From contig SHZT01000014.1 of the NCBI GenBank assembly GCA_009692185.1, positions 48-64,047 of the forward strand: a stretch of 64,000 nucleotides of DNA. Reading direction: 5' to 3'. The stretch is from Gemmatimonadota bacterium (GTDB lineage: Bacteria; Gemmatimonadota; Gemmatimonadetes; Gemmatimonadales; GWC2-71-9). Both the position numbers and the translations under genes were made by a program. Under the pieces are notes generated by a model. It had not been told where the DNA came from and made no database searches. It saw only the letters and a list, made by a program, of their open reading frames with translations. Each line of letters starts with the position of its first letter. The first letter of the stretch is position 1. This document shows, one piece after another, positions 48,423 to 57,299 of the stretch.

Positions 48423-49724
48423 ATGCAGGACCATACGCGCATTCGGGACCTTCCCGCGCTCGTCGGCCAGACGGCGACGATCCGGGGTTGGGTCATGACG
48501 ACGCGCTCTTCCGGGAAAATCGGGTTCGTGGTGCTTCGGGATGGAACCGGCTACCTCCAGGTGGTTGCTTCCAAGGCCGATCTGCCGGAGCCCGCCTGGG
48601 AAGCCGTGCGATCCCTGACGCAGGAGACCTCGGTCTCGGTGACAGGGACGGTGCGCGCCGATGCCAGGTCTCCGGGCGGCGTCGAACTCTCGATGGCCAG
48701 CATCGAGGTGATTGGGCCTTCCGTTGATTTCCCCATTACGCCCAAGGAACACGGCACCACCTACCTGTTTGAACATCGCCACCTGTGGCTCCGGAGCCGG
48801 CGGCAGGTCGCCATCATGCGGATCCGCCACGAGGTGGAGCAGGGGATTCGAGATTTCTTCTACACCAATGGCTTCGCCTGCGTTGACTCGCCTATCTTGA
48901 CCGCCGCGATCGGTGAATCGGCGGGTGGTGGGTTGTTCGAAACCGAGTACTTCGACCTCGGCAAGGCGTATCTCGCGCAGACCGGCCAGCTGTACGTCGA
49001 GGCCGCCGCCGCCGCGCTAGGCAAAGTCTACTGCTTCGGCCCCACATTTCGTGCCGAGAAGTCCAAGACGCGCCGTCACCTCGCCGAATTCTGGATGGTC
49101 GAGCCGGAAGTGGCCTGGTACGACTCGAACGACAATATGCGGCTCCAGGAGTCGTTCGTGGCGTACCTGGTGGAGCGGTGTCTCGAGCGCCGGCAGGAAG
49201 AACTCAAGGAGCTGGAGCGGGACACCAAGCCGCTCGAGAACGTCCGGCCGCCGTTCCCCCGCATTTCCTACACGGACGCCATCGCCAAGCTCCAGTCATT
49301 GGGGAACCCAATTCAATGGGGGCAGGACCTGGGCGGCGACGAAGAGACCATCCTCGCCTCACAGTTCGACCGGCCAGTCTTTGTCTTCAATTATCCGCGC
49401 GAAGTCAAAGCGTTCTATATGAAACGGAATCCGGCCGACCCGCGGACCGTGCTCAACAACGACTGCCTGGCGCCCGAAGGTTTCGGCGAGATCATCGGCG
49501 GGAGCCAGCGCGAGGACGACTACGACCTGTTAAAGCAAAGAATAGAAGAAGAGAAACTCCCGCTCGACTCCTACGGCTGGTACCTGGACCTGCGGAAGTA
49601 CGGGACATTCGTGCACTCGGGATTCGGGCTGGGGCTGGAGCGGACAGTGGGCTGGATCTGCGGCACACCGCACGTGCGCGAGGCGATCGCGTTCCCGAGG
49701 CAGATGCACCGGCTCCGGCCGTAA
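48423..49724 (+). CDS. asnS: Asparagine-tRNA ligase
   Basis: OB fold, YLAQTGQLY, FRAEKSKTRRHLAEFWMVEPE, EIIGGSQRE, GFGLGLER. Confidence 0.96.
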   Translation: MQDHTRIRDLPALVGQTATIRGWVMTTRSSGKIGFVVLRDGTGYLQVVASKADLPEPAWEAVRSLTQETSVSVTGTVRADARSPGGVELSMASIEVIGPSVDFPITPKEHGTTYLFEHRHLWLRSRRQVAIMRIRHEVEQGIRDFFYTNGFACVDSPILTAAIGESAGGGLFETEYFDLGKAYLAQTGQLYVEAAAAALGKVYCFGPTFRAEKSKTRRHLAEFWMVEPEVAWYDSNDNMRLQESFVAYLVERCLERRQEELKELERDTKPLENVRPPFPRISYTDAIAKLQSLGNPIQWGQDLGGDEETILASQFDRPVFVFNYPREVKAFYMKRNPADPRTVLNNDCLAPEGFGEIIGGSQREDDYDLLKQRIEEEKLPLDSYGWYLDLRKYGTFVHSGFGLGLERTVGWICGTPHVREAIAFPRQMHRLRP

Positions 49725-49784
49725 GACGTGAGACGCAGGAAGTAAGAAGGGGGGCCTTCTCACTTCTTACGTCTCACTTCTTAC
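49721..49784. repeat. Palindrome with 4x7-nt arms between convergent asnS and mazG
   Basis: GTAAGAC GTGAGAC GCAGGAA GTAAGAA GG ... CC TTCTCAC TTCTTAC GTCTCAC TTCTTAC; contains both stop codons. Confidence 0.8.
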
Positions 49785-50634
49785 TTTCTTTCGCCTCGTC
49801 CCACAGCTTGTCGAGCACCTCAAGACCTGCCGTTCCCATATCGATGGACCGCTCCGCCGCCAGCGCCTCGACTTTCCGAAACCGCTCCACGAACCGCCCG
49901 TTGGCTTTTTCCAGCGCGGCGCGCGGATCCACGCCGGCCTTTCGCGCCACGTTGACGACCGAGAACAGCAGGTCGCCGATTTCGGCGGCGACGCGAGCCG
50001 CATCCCGCTTCTCCGTCAGTTCCGCTTCCAGCTCGCCGATTTCCTCGTGGAGCTTGGCGAGCGGTCCTTTCAGGTCCGGCCAGTCGAAACCGACACCCGC
50101 CGCCCGTTCCTGGAGGCGATACGCCATGATGAGGACCGGGAGGGAAGGCGGGAGGCCGTCGAGCACGCCGGGGCGGTCGGCGCCGCGCTCCGCGCGCTTG
50201 AGCTTCTCCCAGGTCGCGGGGTTGTGGCCGGACTCCGTGCTGACCCCGGGCGTAAGCCCGGGGTTCGGGTCCCCGGGATCCCCGGGCTTACGCCCGGGGT
50301 TAGTGGAGTCGGCCTTTTCCGGAAACAGATGCGGGTGTCGCCTCCACATCTTGTTTTCGATCGCCCGCGTCACATCCTCTGCACCGAACTGTCCGGCTTC
50401 CTCGCCCAGAACGATCTGAAACGCGAGGTGCAGCACCAGGTCGCCAAGTTCGTCCTTGATCTTTTTTGGATCGCCGGCGGACAGGGCCTGGTCCAGCTCG
50501 AGGACTTCTTCGACCAGGTAGGACCGCAAGGTTTCGCGGGTTTGCGCGGCGTCCCAGGCGCATCGTTTGCGGAGGTCTCTCACGAGTTCCACGATGCGTC
50601 CAACTGCCGATGGCGCTTGCATTTGCCCATTCAC
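49774..50634 (-). CDS. mazG: Nucleoside triphosphate pyrophosphohydrolase MazG
   Basis: CAWDAAQT, EEVLEL, DELGDL, RRHPHLF, GFDW, EIGDLLF. Start is GTG 50634 or ATG 50622. Confidence 0.93.
   Translation of the reverse strand: MNGQMQAPSAVGRIVELVRDLRKRCAWDAAQTRETLRSYLVEEVLELDQALSAGDPKKIKDELGDLVLHLAFQIVLGEEAGQFGAEDVTRAIENKMWRRHPHLFPEKADSTNPGRKPGDPGDPNPGLTPGVSTESGHNPATWEKLKRAERGADRPGVLDGLPPSLPVLIMAYRLQERAAGVGFDWPDLKGPLAKLHEEIGELEAELTEKRDAARVAAEIGDLLFSVVNVARKAGVDPRAALEKANGRFVERFRKVEALAAERSIDMGTAGLEVLDKLWDEAKESKK
50231..50310. repeat. Inverted doublet of REP-like hairpins (REPIN-like) in frame inside mazG
   Basis: CTGACCCCGGGCGTAAGCCCGGGG (50240-50263) and CCCCGGGCTTACGCCCGGGGTTAG (50280-50303) are 23/24 complementary; each arm is itself a hairpin. 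Confidence 0.85.
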
Positions 50635-50663
50635 GCCGGTACAATACCGAACCCTTCGTGACC

Positions 50664-51761
50664 ATGTCAACGCAGACGAGGCCGAGTCAGGCGTGGATGC
50701 GGGTAGACCTCGCCAGCCTCGTCGCCAATGCCGTGGTCGTTCAAGCGGCCGGCCGAGGCGCCCGGCTTCTTCCCTTGCTCAAGGCAGACGCTTACGGGCT
50801 CGGCGCGGTGGAAGTCGCGCGGGCGCTGGAAGCGAGCGTTGATCCCTGGGGGTTTGGGGTCGCACGGATCGATGAAGGGGCGGCGCTTCGGGCGGCCGGG
50901 ATCCGGCGGCCCGTTCTTGTTTTCACGCCTGCGCGAATCGCGGAACAGGACGCCTTTCGCGCGCACGACCTGCGCGCGGCGCTGGACGATCCGGCCGTGA
51001 TTGCGGCGTGGACGTTGCCGTATCACCTGGACGTGGACACCGGCATGAGCCGCTCGGGCGTGCGGTGGGATGATCCGCGGCTCGCGCGCTGCCGAACGGC
51101 GAAGCTCGAGGGGGCATTCACGCATTTCCACTCGGCGGAGGACAACCCCGCGTCGGTGGAAGAGCAGTGGGGACGGTTTGAGGCGGCCCTGGGGGTGCTG
51201 GGTGATCGGCCGAAGCTGGTGCACGCCGCGAATTCCGCGGGCGTCTGGCGGCTCCAGCAGTCGATGGACCTGATCCGGCCCGGGATTTTCCTGTACGGGA
51301 CGGCACCGGGGCCGGGCACGCCGAAGCCCAAACAGGTTGCGAGCCTGCACGCGCGCGTGGTGAGTGTGCGGCGGGTGTGCGCGGGTGAGGGCGTGAGTTA
51401 CGGCGTCGAGTGGCGGGCGCCGCAGGACACGACGATCGCGACGGTCGGGCTGGGATACGCCGATGGCGTGCCTCGCGCGACGCAGGGCAAGCTTTCGGTC
51501 CTCATCGGCGGAAGGCGTTACCCCGTGGTGGGGCGGATCACGATGGACATGGTGATGGTGGATGCGGGCCCGGATGGCTCGGTGCGGCCAGGTGACGTGG
51601 CCACGTTCATCGGGCGGGACGGCACGGAAGAGATCACCTGGGACGACGTGGCCGGGTGGGCCGGAACGAACGTGTACGAGATCATGTGCCGGGTGAATCC
51701 GCGGGTGGAGCGGGTGTATGTGGGATGGGGCGATGGTGGAAGAAGCGATGGTGGGGTTTGA
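50664..51761 (+). CDS. alr: Alanine racemase
   Basis: LKADAYG, DTGMSR.G, THF, HAANS, RPGIFLYG, GYADG, GRITMD. Confidence 0.95.
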   Translation: MSTQTRPSQAWMRVDLASLVANAVVVQAAGRGARLLPLLKADAYGLGAVEVARALEASVDPWGFGVARIDEGAALRAAGIRRPVLVFTPARIAEQDAFRAHDLRAALDDPAVIAAWTLPYHLDVDTGMSRSGVRWDDPRLARCRTAKLEGAFTHFHSAEDNPASVEEQWGRFEAALGVLGDRPKLVHAANSAGVWRLQQSMDLIRPGIFLYGTAPGPGTPKPKQVASLHARVVSVRRVCAGEGVSYGVEWRAPQDTTIATVGLGYADGVPRATQGKLSVLIGGRRYPVVGRITMDMVMVDAGPDGSVRPGDVATFIGRDGTEEITWDDVAGWAGTNVYEIMCRVNPRVERVYVGWGDGGRSDGGV

Positions 51762-52924
51762 TGGGTAAGGGTCGGGTCGCCCTGATCGTGCTGGATGGTA
51801 TCGGGATTGGCGAGGCGCCGGATACTGCGGCTTACGGCGATGCGGGGAGCGACACGCTGGGGAACGTGGCCCGGGCGGTTGGAGGGCTCAACCTCCCGTA
51901 TCTCGAGTCGCTGGGGTTTGGCTGCTGTCGCCCCATCAAGGGCATGGCGTGCGGGAAGGCACTGGGCGCGCACGGAGTTGCCCTGCCGAGCTCCAAGGGC
52001 AAGGACAGCACCACCGGGCACTGGGAAATGTGCGAGGTCGTGCTCGAGCGACCGTTTCCAACGTACCCCAAGGGGTTTCCGGCGTCGGTGGTCGAAGAGT
52101 TCTCGCGCCGGACGGGGCGGGCGGTTCTGGGGAACAAGGCGGCATCGGGGACGGCAATCATAGACGAATTCGGGGCGCGGCACGTGGAAACCGGCGCCTG
52201 GATCGTCTATACCTCGGCCGACAGCGTGTTCCAGGTTGCCGCGCACGAGGCGACGGTGCCGCTCAAGGACCTGTATGCCGCCTGCGAGGATGCGCGGGCG
52301 ATGCTGGTCGGGGAGCATGCCGTATCCCGGGTCATCGCCCGGCCGTTTTTGGGCACACCGGGGCACTTTACGCGCACGGCCAACCGTCGCGACTTTTCGG
52401 TCGCGCCGGTCCGGCCAACGCTCCTGGACCGCCTGGCCGAGGCCGGGGTGCCCCGGGTCGGGGTGGGGAAGGTGGACGACCTGTTTGCGGGCCGGGGCAT
52501 TACCAGCCGGCACACGCGGACCAACGCGGACGCCTACCGGATGATCGTGGAGGAACTGGGCCGGATGGACGGGGGGTTCCTGTTCGTGAACGTGATCGAG
52601 TTCGACCAGGCCTGGGGGCACCGAAACGACGTTCCGGGGTTTCATCAGGGGCTGAAAGAGCTGGATCGGGACCTGCCGGCCTTGGTTGGGGCCCTCCGGG
52701 GCGACGATTTGATGATCCTGACGGCCGATCACGGCAACGATCCGACCACGCCGTCCACCGATCATTCGCGTGAAGCGGTACCGATCGTGGTGGTGGGCCC
52801 GAGGGTAAAACCGGTGAATTTGGGGACGCGGGCGTCGTTTGCCGACATCGGGGCCACGACAGCCGAGTACTTTGGGTTGAGCCCGGCGCTCGGGAAATCG
52901 TTCCTCCGGGAGATACTGGCGTGA
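51761..52924 (+). CDS. deoB: Phosphopentomutase
   Basis: IVLDGIGIG, GKDSTTGHWE, YTSADSVFQ, WGHRND, TADHGNDPT. Confidence 0.96.
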   Translation: MGKGRVALIVLDGIGIGEAPDTAAYGDAGSDTLGNVARAVGGLNLPYLESLGFGCCRPIKGMACGKALGAHGVALPSSKGKDSTTGHWEMCEVVLERPFPTYPKGFPASVVEEFSRRTGRAVLGNKAASGTAIIDEFGARHVETGAWIVYTSADSVFQVAAHEATVPLKDLYAACEDARAMLVGEHAVSRVIARPFLGTPGHFTRTANRRDFSVAPVRPTLLDRLAEAGVPRVGVGKVDDLFAGRGITSRHTRTNADAYRMIVEELGRMDGGFLFVNVIEFDQAWGHRNDVPGFHQGLKELDRDLPALVGALRGDDLMILTADHGNDPTTPSTDHSREAVPIVVVGPRVKPVNLGTRASFADIGATTAEYFGLSPALGKSFLREILA

Positions 52925-53307
52925 CCGACCCCCTGATTGACGCGGCACGGGCAGCGCAGAAGAAGGCCTACGCGCCGTACTCCAAGTTCCTGGTGGGGGC
53001 CGCGCTCGAGGCGGATGATGGCCGGGTGTTCACCGGGTGTAATGTTGAGAACGCATCGTACGGGCTCACGACCTGCGCGGAGCGGGTAGCGATCGGCACG
53101 GCGGTTGCCGCGGGGGCCCGGAAGGTTCGCCGGGTCGTCGTGGTGACGGACGCATCGCCGCCGTCGGCGCCCTGTGGCGCGTGCCGGCAGGTGCTGGCGG
53201 AGTTTGGGCGGGACATGATCGTCGAGGCAGTTGGTCCCGGCGGGTCGCGCCGGTGGAAACTCGCGGAGTTGTTGCCGGATTCCTTCGGCCCGGAGGATCT
53301 CACGTAA
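52921..53307 (+). CDS. cdd: Cytidine deaminase (homotetrameric)
   Basis: [31 protein letters not shown]. Confidence 0.96.
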   Translation: MTDPLIDAARAAQKKAYAPYSKFLVGAALEADDGRVFTGCNVENASYGLTTCAERVAIGTAVAAGARKVRRVVVVTDASPPSAPCGACRQVLAEFGRDMIVEAVGPGGSRRWKLAELLPDSFGPEDLT

Positions 53308-53594
53308 TGCGGATGGGCAAAGTGATCGGCACGGTCGTCGCGACGCGGAAGGATCCGTCGCTCGAAGGGGTGAAGCTGTTGGTGGTGGAAAACCTGTCGC
53401 TCGATCAGAAACCCGAGGGCGGGTATGTGGTGGCGGTGGATGCCGTGGGCGCCGGCTCGAAGGAAGTGGTGTTGTACGCGAGTGGGTCGTCCGCCAGGCA
53501 AACCGCGGTAACGAAGGACCGCCCGGTGGACGCGGTCATCATGGCGATTCTCGATTCCTATGAGGCGCATGGCAAGACGGTTCGGCTGGCCTAG
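53307..53594 (+). CDS. eutN: EutN/CcmL-family bacterial microcompartment vertex (BMC-P) protein
   Basis: [48 protein letters not shown]; TAATG coupling to cdd. Confidence 0.92.
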   Translation: MRMGKVIGTVVATRKDPSLEGVKLLVVENLSLDQKPEGGYVVAVDAVGAGSKEVVLYASGSSARQTAVTKDRPVDAVIMAILDSYEAHGKTVRLA

Positions 53595-54777
53595 CAGTTC
53601 GGCACTAGTGTTTCTCCTGGCGCTTGGGTGCGTCGGGGACACGGTCACGGCCCCGTCGGTGTGTCCGGCGTACTGCGCCAACAACGGGCTCCAGCCCCGG
53701 GACACCGTGCTTCAGGGCGTGGTCCATGGCGACAGCAGCTACCGCGGCTACCAGGTTGCGTCGACCGCCGGCGAGATGCAGGTCGCCGGCCCGGGCGGGG
53801 TGACCCAGTCGCGGGCCTTCCTGCGTTTCTACCCGTTCCGGACGCGGTACACGATCTTCGCGGGCGACACGACCACCGTTCCCGTAGCCGTCATCGATTC
53901 GCTGCGCTTCAGTTTCAACCTGCGCAAGCGGACTGCGGGCACGGTGAAGCTCGCCGTGTACCGCCTGCCACGCACGACCGACACGGTGGCCACCTACGAC
54001 AGCCTGACGCCGTACTTCCAGGATTCGCTGCAAGTGATCGAGCTGACTGTCGCACCGGACACGGGGTTGCTGCAGTTCTCCGTTCCGGCGGCGTCACTTC
54101 CCACCCTGGTATCTGACAGCTTCCAGATCGCCATCGGTCTTGCCATCACGACGCCCGGCGCGAGTGTGAACATCGGGACGAATGAAGTCGGGCTGGGCGG
54201 GTTCGTGGAGCGGTTTATCCGGGTGGACTCGGCCGGGGTCCGCATCGCCCGGAACACCGAGAACCGGCTGGCGGAGATCGACACGTACGTGTTCCAGGCG
54301 CTCGCCGCTCCGCCCGCTGGCGTGCTGACCATTGGCGGGGCACCCTCCGCCCGGGCACTCATGCGGCTCGACCTGCCGCTCTCCATTTTCAATTCCACGA
54401 CGGTCGTGCGCGCCACGCTGTTGCTGATTCCCGCCGGGCCGGCGCTGTCGGCCGCGGGGGACACGACCCGCGTGGTCGCCCATGCGCTGGCGACTGATAT
54501 CGGTGCCAAGTCACCGGTGTCGCAGGCGGCGCAGGATGGAGACATCCGCTCCGGCGCGTTCGTCCCACCAGGCAGCACGGACACTATTCGGGTGGACATC
54601 ACCGCCCTGGTGCGTGCGTGGCGCGCCGATGCCACCCGCCCCCACACGATGGTCCTGCGCACAACGCCAGAGGGCGGGACGCTGTCGGAGGTCCGGTTCT
54701 GGTCGTCGGCCGACCCCACCCGAAAGCCGCGCATCCACGTGACCTATGTCCGTCCGTTCCTGTACGGGGTGAACTGA
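53560..54777 (+). CDS. Putative lipoprotein, beta-rich
   Basis: Lipobox LALGC; C-terminal DITALVRAW...F.S....P.I.VTY pattern. Confidence 0.75.
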   Translation: MRRMARRFGWPSSSALVFLLALGCVGDTVTAPSVCPAYCANNGLQPRDTVLQGVVHGDSSYRGYQVASTAGEMQVAGPGGVTQSRAFLRFYPFRTRYTIFAGDTTTVPVAVIDSLRFSFNLRKRTAGTVKLAVYRLPRTTDTVATYDSLTPYFQDSLQVIELTVAPDTGLLQFSVPAASLPTLVSDSFQIAIGLAITTPGASVNIGTNEVGLGGFVERFIRVDSAGVRIARNTENRLAEIDTYVFQALAAPPAGVLTIGGAPSARALMRLDLPLSIFNSTTVVRATLLLIPAGPALSAAGDTTRVVAHALATDIGAKSPVSQAAQDGDIRSGAFVPPGSTDTIRVDITALVRAWRADATRPHTMVLRTTPEGGTLSEVRFWSSADPTRKPRIHVTYVRPFLYGVN

Positions 54778-55910
54778 TGCGCCGCGCCGCGATCCTCTCA
54801 GGTCTGGCCATCATCCTCGCCGTCCCGCTGGCCGCGCAGAACTCCGGGTACGGCGTGCTGGGCATCGGGTTCCCCACGCGTCCGACCACCATCCAAGCGC
54901 GGGCGCTGGGTGATGGGCCCGCGACCATCGACCCGCAGAGCGGGGTGAATCCCGCGGCGCTCGGCCTGCTCAGCACGCTCTCGGTATCCGCCAGCGCGTC
55001 GCAGGAGTACCGCACGCTTACCATGAGTGGCGTCCAGACCGACGGCCTCCGGCAGGCACGCTTCCCGTACGCGGTGATGGCGGGGCGGTTCGGCCGCTCG
55101 CGTCTCTCGTACAGCGTGGGGTACCACGCCTTCGCGGAACGCACGTTCGACCTCAGTACGGTGGACACACTCGTTCTCCGGGGCGTCCCGGTGATCCTGA
55201 CCGACCAGAACGGGTCGGCCGGCGCCGTGGTGGACAGCCGCGCGGCGGTCGCGTGGTCGGTGAACCCGAAGCTGTCCTTCGGCCTGGGCACGCATTTCAT
55301 TGGCGGATCCGCGCGGCTGACGGCGCGCCGCACGTTCTCGGATTCCAGCTACCGGTCGTACGTCGAGGCGAACGACGCCACCTTCTCGGCGTTCGGTGTG
55401 TCGGGAGGCGCCCTGATCGTCCCGACCGCCAAGATGCGTATCGGCGTGTCCGCGCGGGTGAACACCAAGCTCCAGCGGTCGGTCCTCGGTATCCGCGGGT
55501 CTGACTTGGCGCTCCCGGCCTCGCTCCACGCCGGCGTCGATGCGCGTCCCGTGGCCGGCGTGCGTCTCGCCGCCGGTGTGGGCTGGCGGTCGTGGTCCTC
55601 CGCGGCCGGTGACGTCGCCGCAGGCACGCGGGCATTCGATACGTTCGAGGCCGGTGGCGGGATCGAGCTCGGGGGCGCGCCGCGCACCCAGCCGAGGTTC
55701 CCGATTCGCCTCGGCATTCGGTACGCGACCCTGCCGTTCAGCCCGACCGGCGATCAGCCGCATGAGGTCAACCTCTCGGGCGGCACGCGAGTGCGCTTCG
55801 CGCAGAACCGGGTGACGTTCGACCTGGGCGTCGAGCGCACCGTGCGGAACGGGGGCCTCGTGAATGAGACCGCGTGGCAGTTGAACCTGGGGTTCGAGAT
55901 CACGCCCTGA
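54777..55910 (+). CDS. Outer-membrane beta-barrel (FadL/PorV-like)
   Basis: Signal peptide, ARALG...NPAAL N-terminal hatch-like motif, alternating beta strands. Confidence 0.7.
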   Translation: MRRAAILSGLAIILAVPLAAQNSGYGVLGIGFPTRPTTIQARALGDGPATIDPQSGVNPAALGLLSTLSVSASASQEYRTLTMSGVQTDGLRQARFPYAVMAGRFGRSRLSYSVGYHAFAERTFDLSTVDTLVLRGVPVILTDQNGSAGAVVDSRAAVAWSVNPKLSFGLGTHFIGGSARLTARRTFSDSSYRSYVEANDATFSAFGVSGGALIVPTAKMRIGVSARVNTKLQRSVLGIRGSDLALPASLHAGVDARPVAGVRLAAGVGWRSWSSAAGDVAAGTRAFDTFEAGGGIELGGAPRTQPRFPIRLGIRYATLPFSPTGDQPHEVNLSGGTRVRFAQNRVTFDLGVERTVRNGGLVNETAWQLNLGFEITP

Positions 55911-55932
55911 AGTGCGTGATTGGCCTGACCGG

Positions 55933-55964
55933 ATGACGGCACAACGGCACAACGGCATGACGGC
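55933..55964 (+). repeat. 4x8-nt tandem repeat abutting the miaB start
   Basis: ATGACGGC ACAACGGC ACAACGGC ATGACGGC then ATG. Confidence 0.8.
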
Positions 55965-57284
55965 ATGAGTACCCGTACGGTCTACCTTGAGACATACGGC
56001 TGCCAGATGAACGCGGCCGACAGCGACCTCATCGTCGGGCTCTTTGCCCGCGAGGGGTACGTCCGCACGGATGACGCGGCTGGCGCGGATGTCATGCTGA
56101 TCAACACGTGCGCCGTGCGCGATCACGCCGAACAGCGGGTCATCGGCCGGCTGGGTGAGCTCAAGCGGCACAAGCGCCCCGGTGACGTGGTGGGCGTGGT
56201 GGGGTGCATGGCACAGCGTCTCGGGCCGACGCTGCTGGAACAGGCTCCGCATGTGGACGTGGTGGTGGGGCCCGACGGGTACCGGTCGTTGCCCGCGCTG
56301 GTGGCGGGGGCGCGCGACGGCCAACGAACGGCCGACGTCGAGTTCCGGTCGTGGGAGCACTACGAAGACGTCGAGCCAGCGACCGAGGGCGCGTCGGCGT
56401 TCGTCACCGTCCAGCGCGGTTGCAATTATCGGTGCACCTTCTGCGTTGTTCCGATGACGCGCGGATCCGAGCGGAGCCGTAACCTGGCCGACGTGGTGGG
56501 AGAGGTGCGGCGCCTCGCGGCCCGTGGAGTCACCGAGGTCACGCTCCTCGGCCAGACGGTCAACAGCTACAACGACGGCGCCGCAGATTTCGCCGATCTG
56601 CTCCGCGCGGTCGGTGCGGTTCCGGGCATTCGCCGCATGCGGTTTACCAGTCCCCATCCCAACGATTTCAGCGACCGGGTCATCGCGGCGATGGCGCAGG
56701 TGCCGGCGATGTGCGAGCACGTGCATTTGCCTATGCAGAGCGGCTCATCCCGCACGCTCAAGCGCATGCTCCGCCGGTACACCCGGGAGGGCTACCTCGA
56801 GTGCGTGGGGCGCCTGCGGCAGGCGGTGCCGGGAATCGCGCTCACCACGGACATCATCGTGGGCTTCCCGGGTGAGACAGAACAGGACTTCGCGGACACG
56901 GTCAGCCTGGTCGAGGACGTGGGTTTCGACGACGCCTACACGTTCCGGTATTCGCCGCGCGACGGAACTCCCGCGACGCGATTGACCGATGCAGTGCCGG
57001 ACGACGTCGCGGGGGAGCGGCTCGAACGCATCATCGCGCGGGCCCGCCAGCTGGCCCGAGCGAAGAACCTTGGTCTCGTTGGCTCGACGCACGAGGTGCT
57101 GGTGGAGGGACGGGCCAAGCGCGGCGGCCTCCAGGCGCGGACACGCACAAACAAGATCGTCCTGGTTGAGGGCAATGAGGACTTGGTCGGTAACTACATG
57201 GATGTCCGGCTCACCGGGACGACCGGATCGACGTTCTCCGGTGTTCCGACGCGGAGCGGATTGGAGCTCTCAGTGGTGGGGTAA
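55965..57284 (+). CDS. miaB: tRNA-2-methylthio-N6-dimethylallyladenosine synthase
   Basis: ETYGCQMN, NTCAVR, GCMAQ, CNYRCTFC radical SAM motif, TRAM domain. Confidence 0.96.
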   Translation: MSTRTVYLETYGCQMNAADSDLIVGLFAREGYVRTDDAAGADVMLINTCAVRDHAEQRVIGRLGELKRHKRPGDVVGVVGCMAQRLGPTLLEQAPHVDVVVGPDGYRSLPALVAGARDGQRTADVEFRSWEHYEDVEPATEGASAFVTVQRGCNYRCTFCVVPMTRGSERSRNLADVVGEVRRLAARGVTEVTLLGQTVNSYNDGAADFADLLRAVGAVPGIRRMRFTSPHPNDFSDRVIAAMAQVPAMCEHVHLPMQSGSSRTLKRMLRRYTREGYLECVGRLRQAVPGIALTTDIIVGFPGETEQDFADTVSLVEDVGFDDAYTFRYSPRDGTPATRLTDAVPDDVAGERLERIIARARQLARAKNLGLVGSTHEVLVEGRAKRGGLQARTRTNKIVLVEGNEDLVGNYMDVRLTGTTGSTFSGVPTRSGLELSVVG

Positions 57285-57299
57285 GGCGGCCGTGACGCC

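Noticed and set aside
49774-50634. mazG as part of a mazEFG or anti-phage module
   Set aside because: It is the two-domain housekeeping type in a core context, about 40 kb from the MazF-like toxin.
51728-51758. GCGATGGTGG direct repeat at the alr 3' end
   Set aside because: Only two copies and no inverted arm; too weak to assign to the periodic element family.
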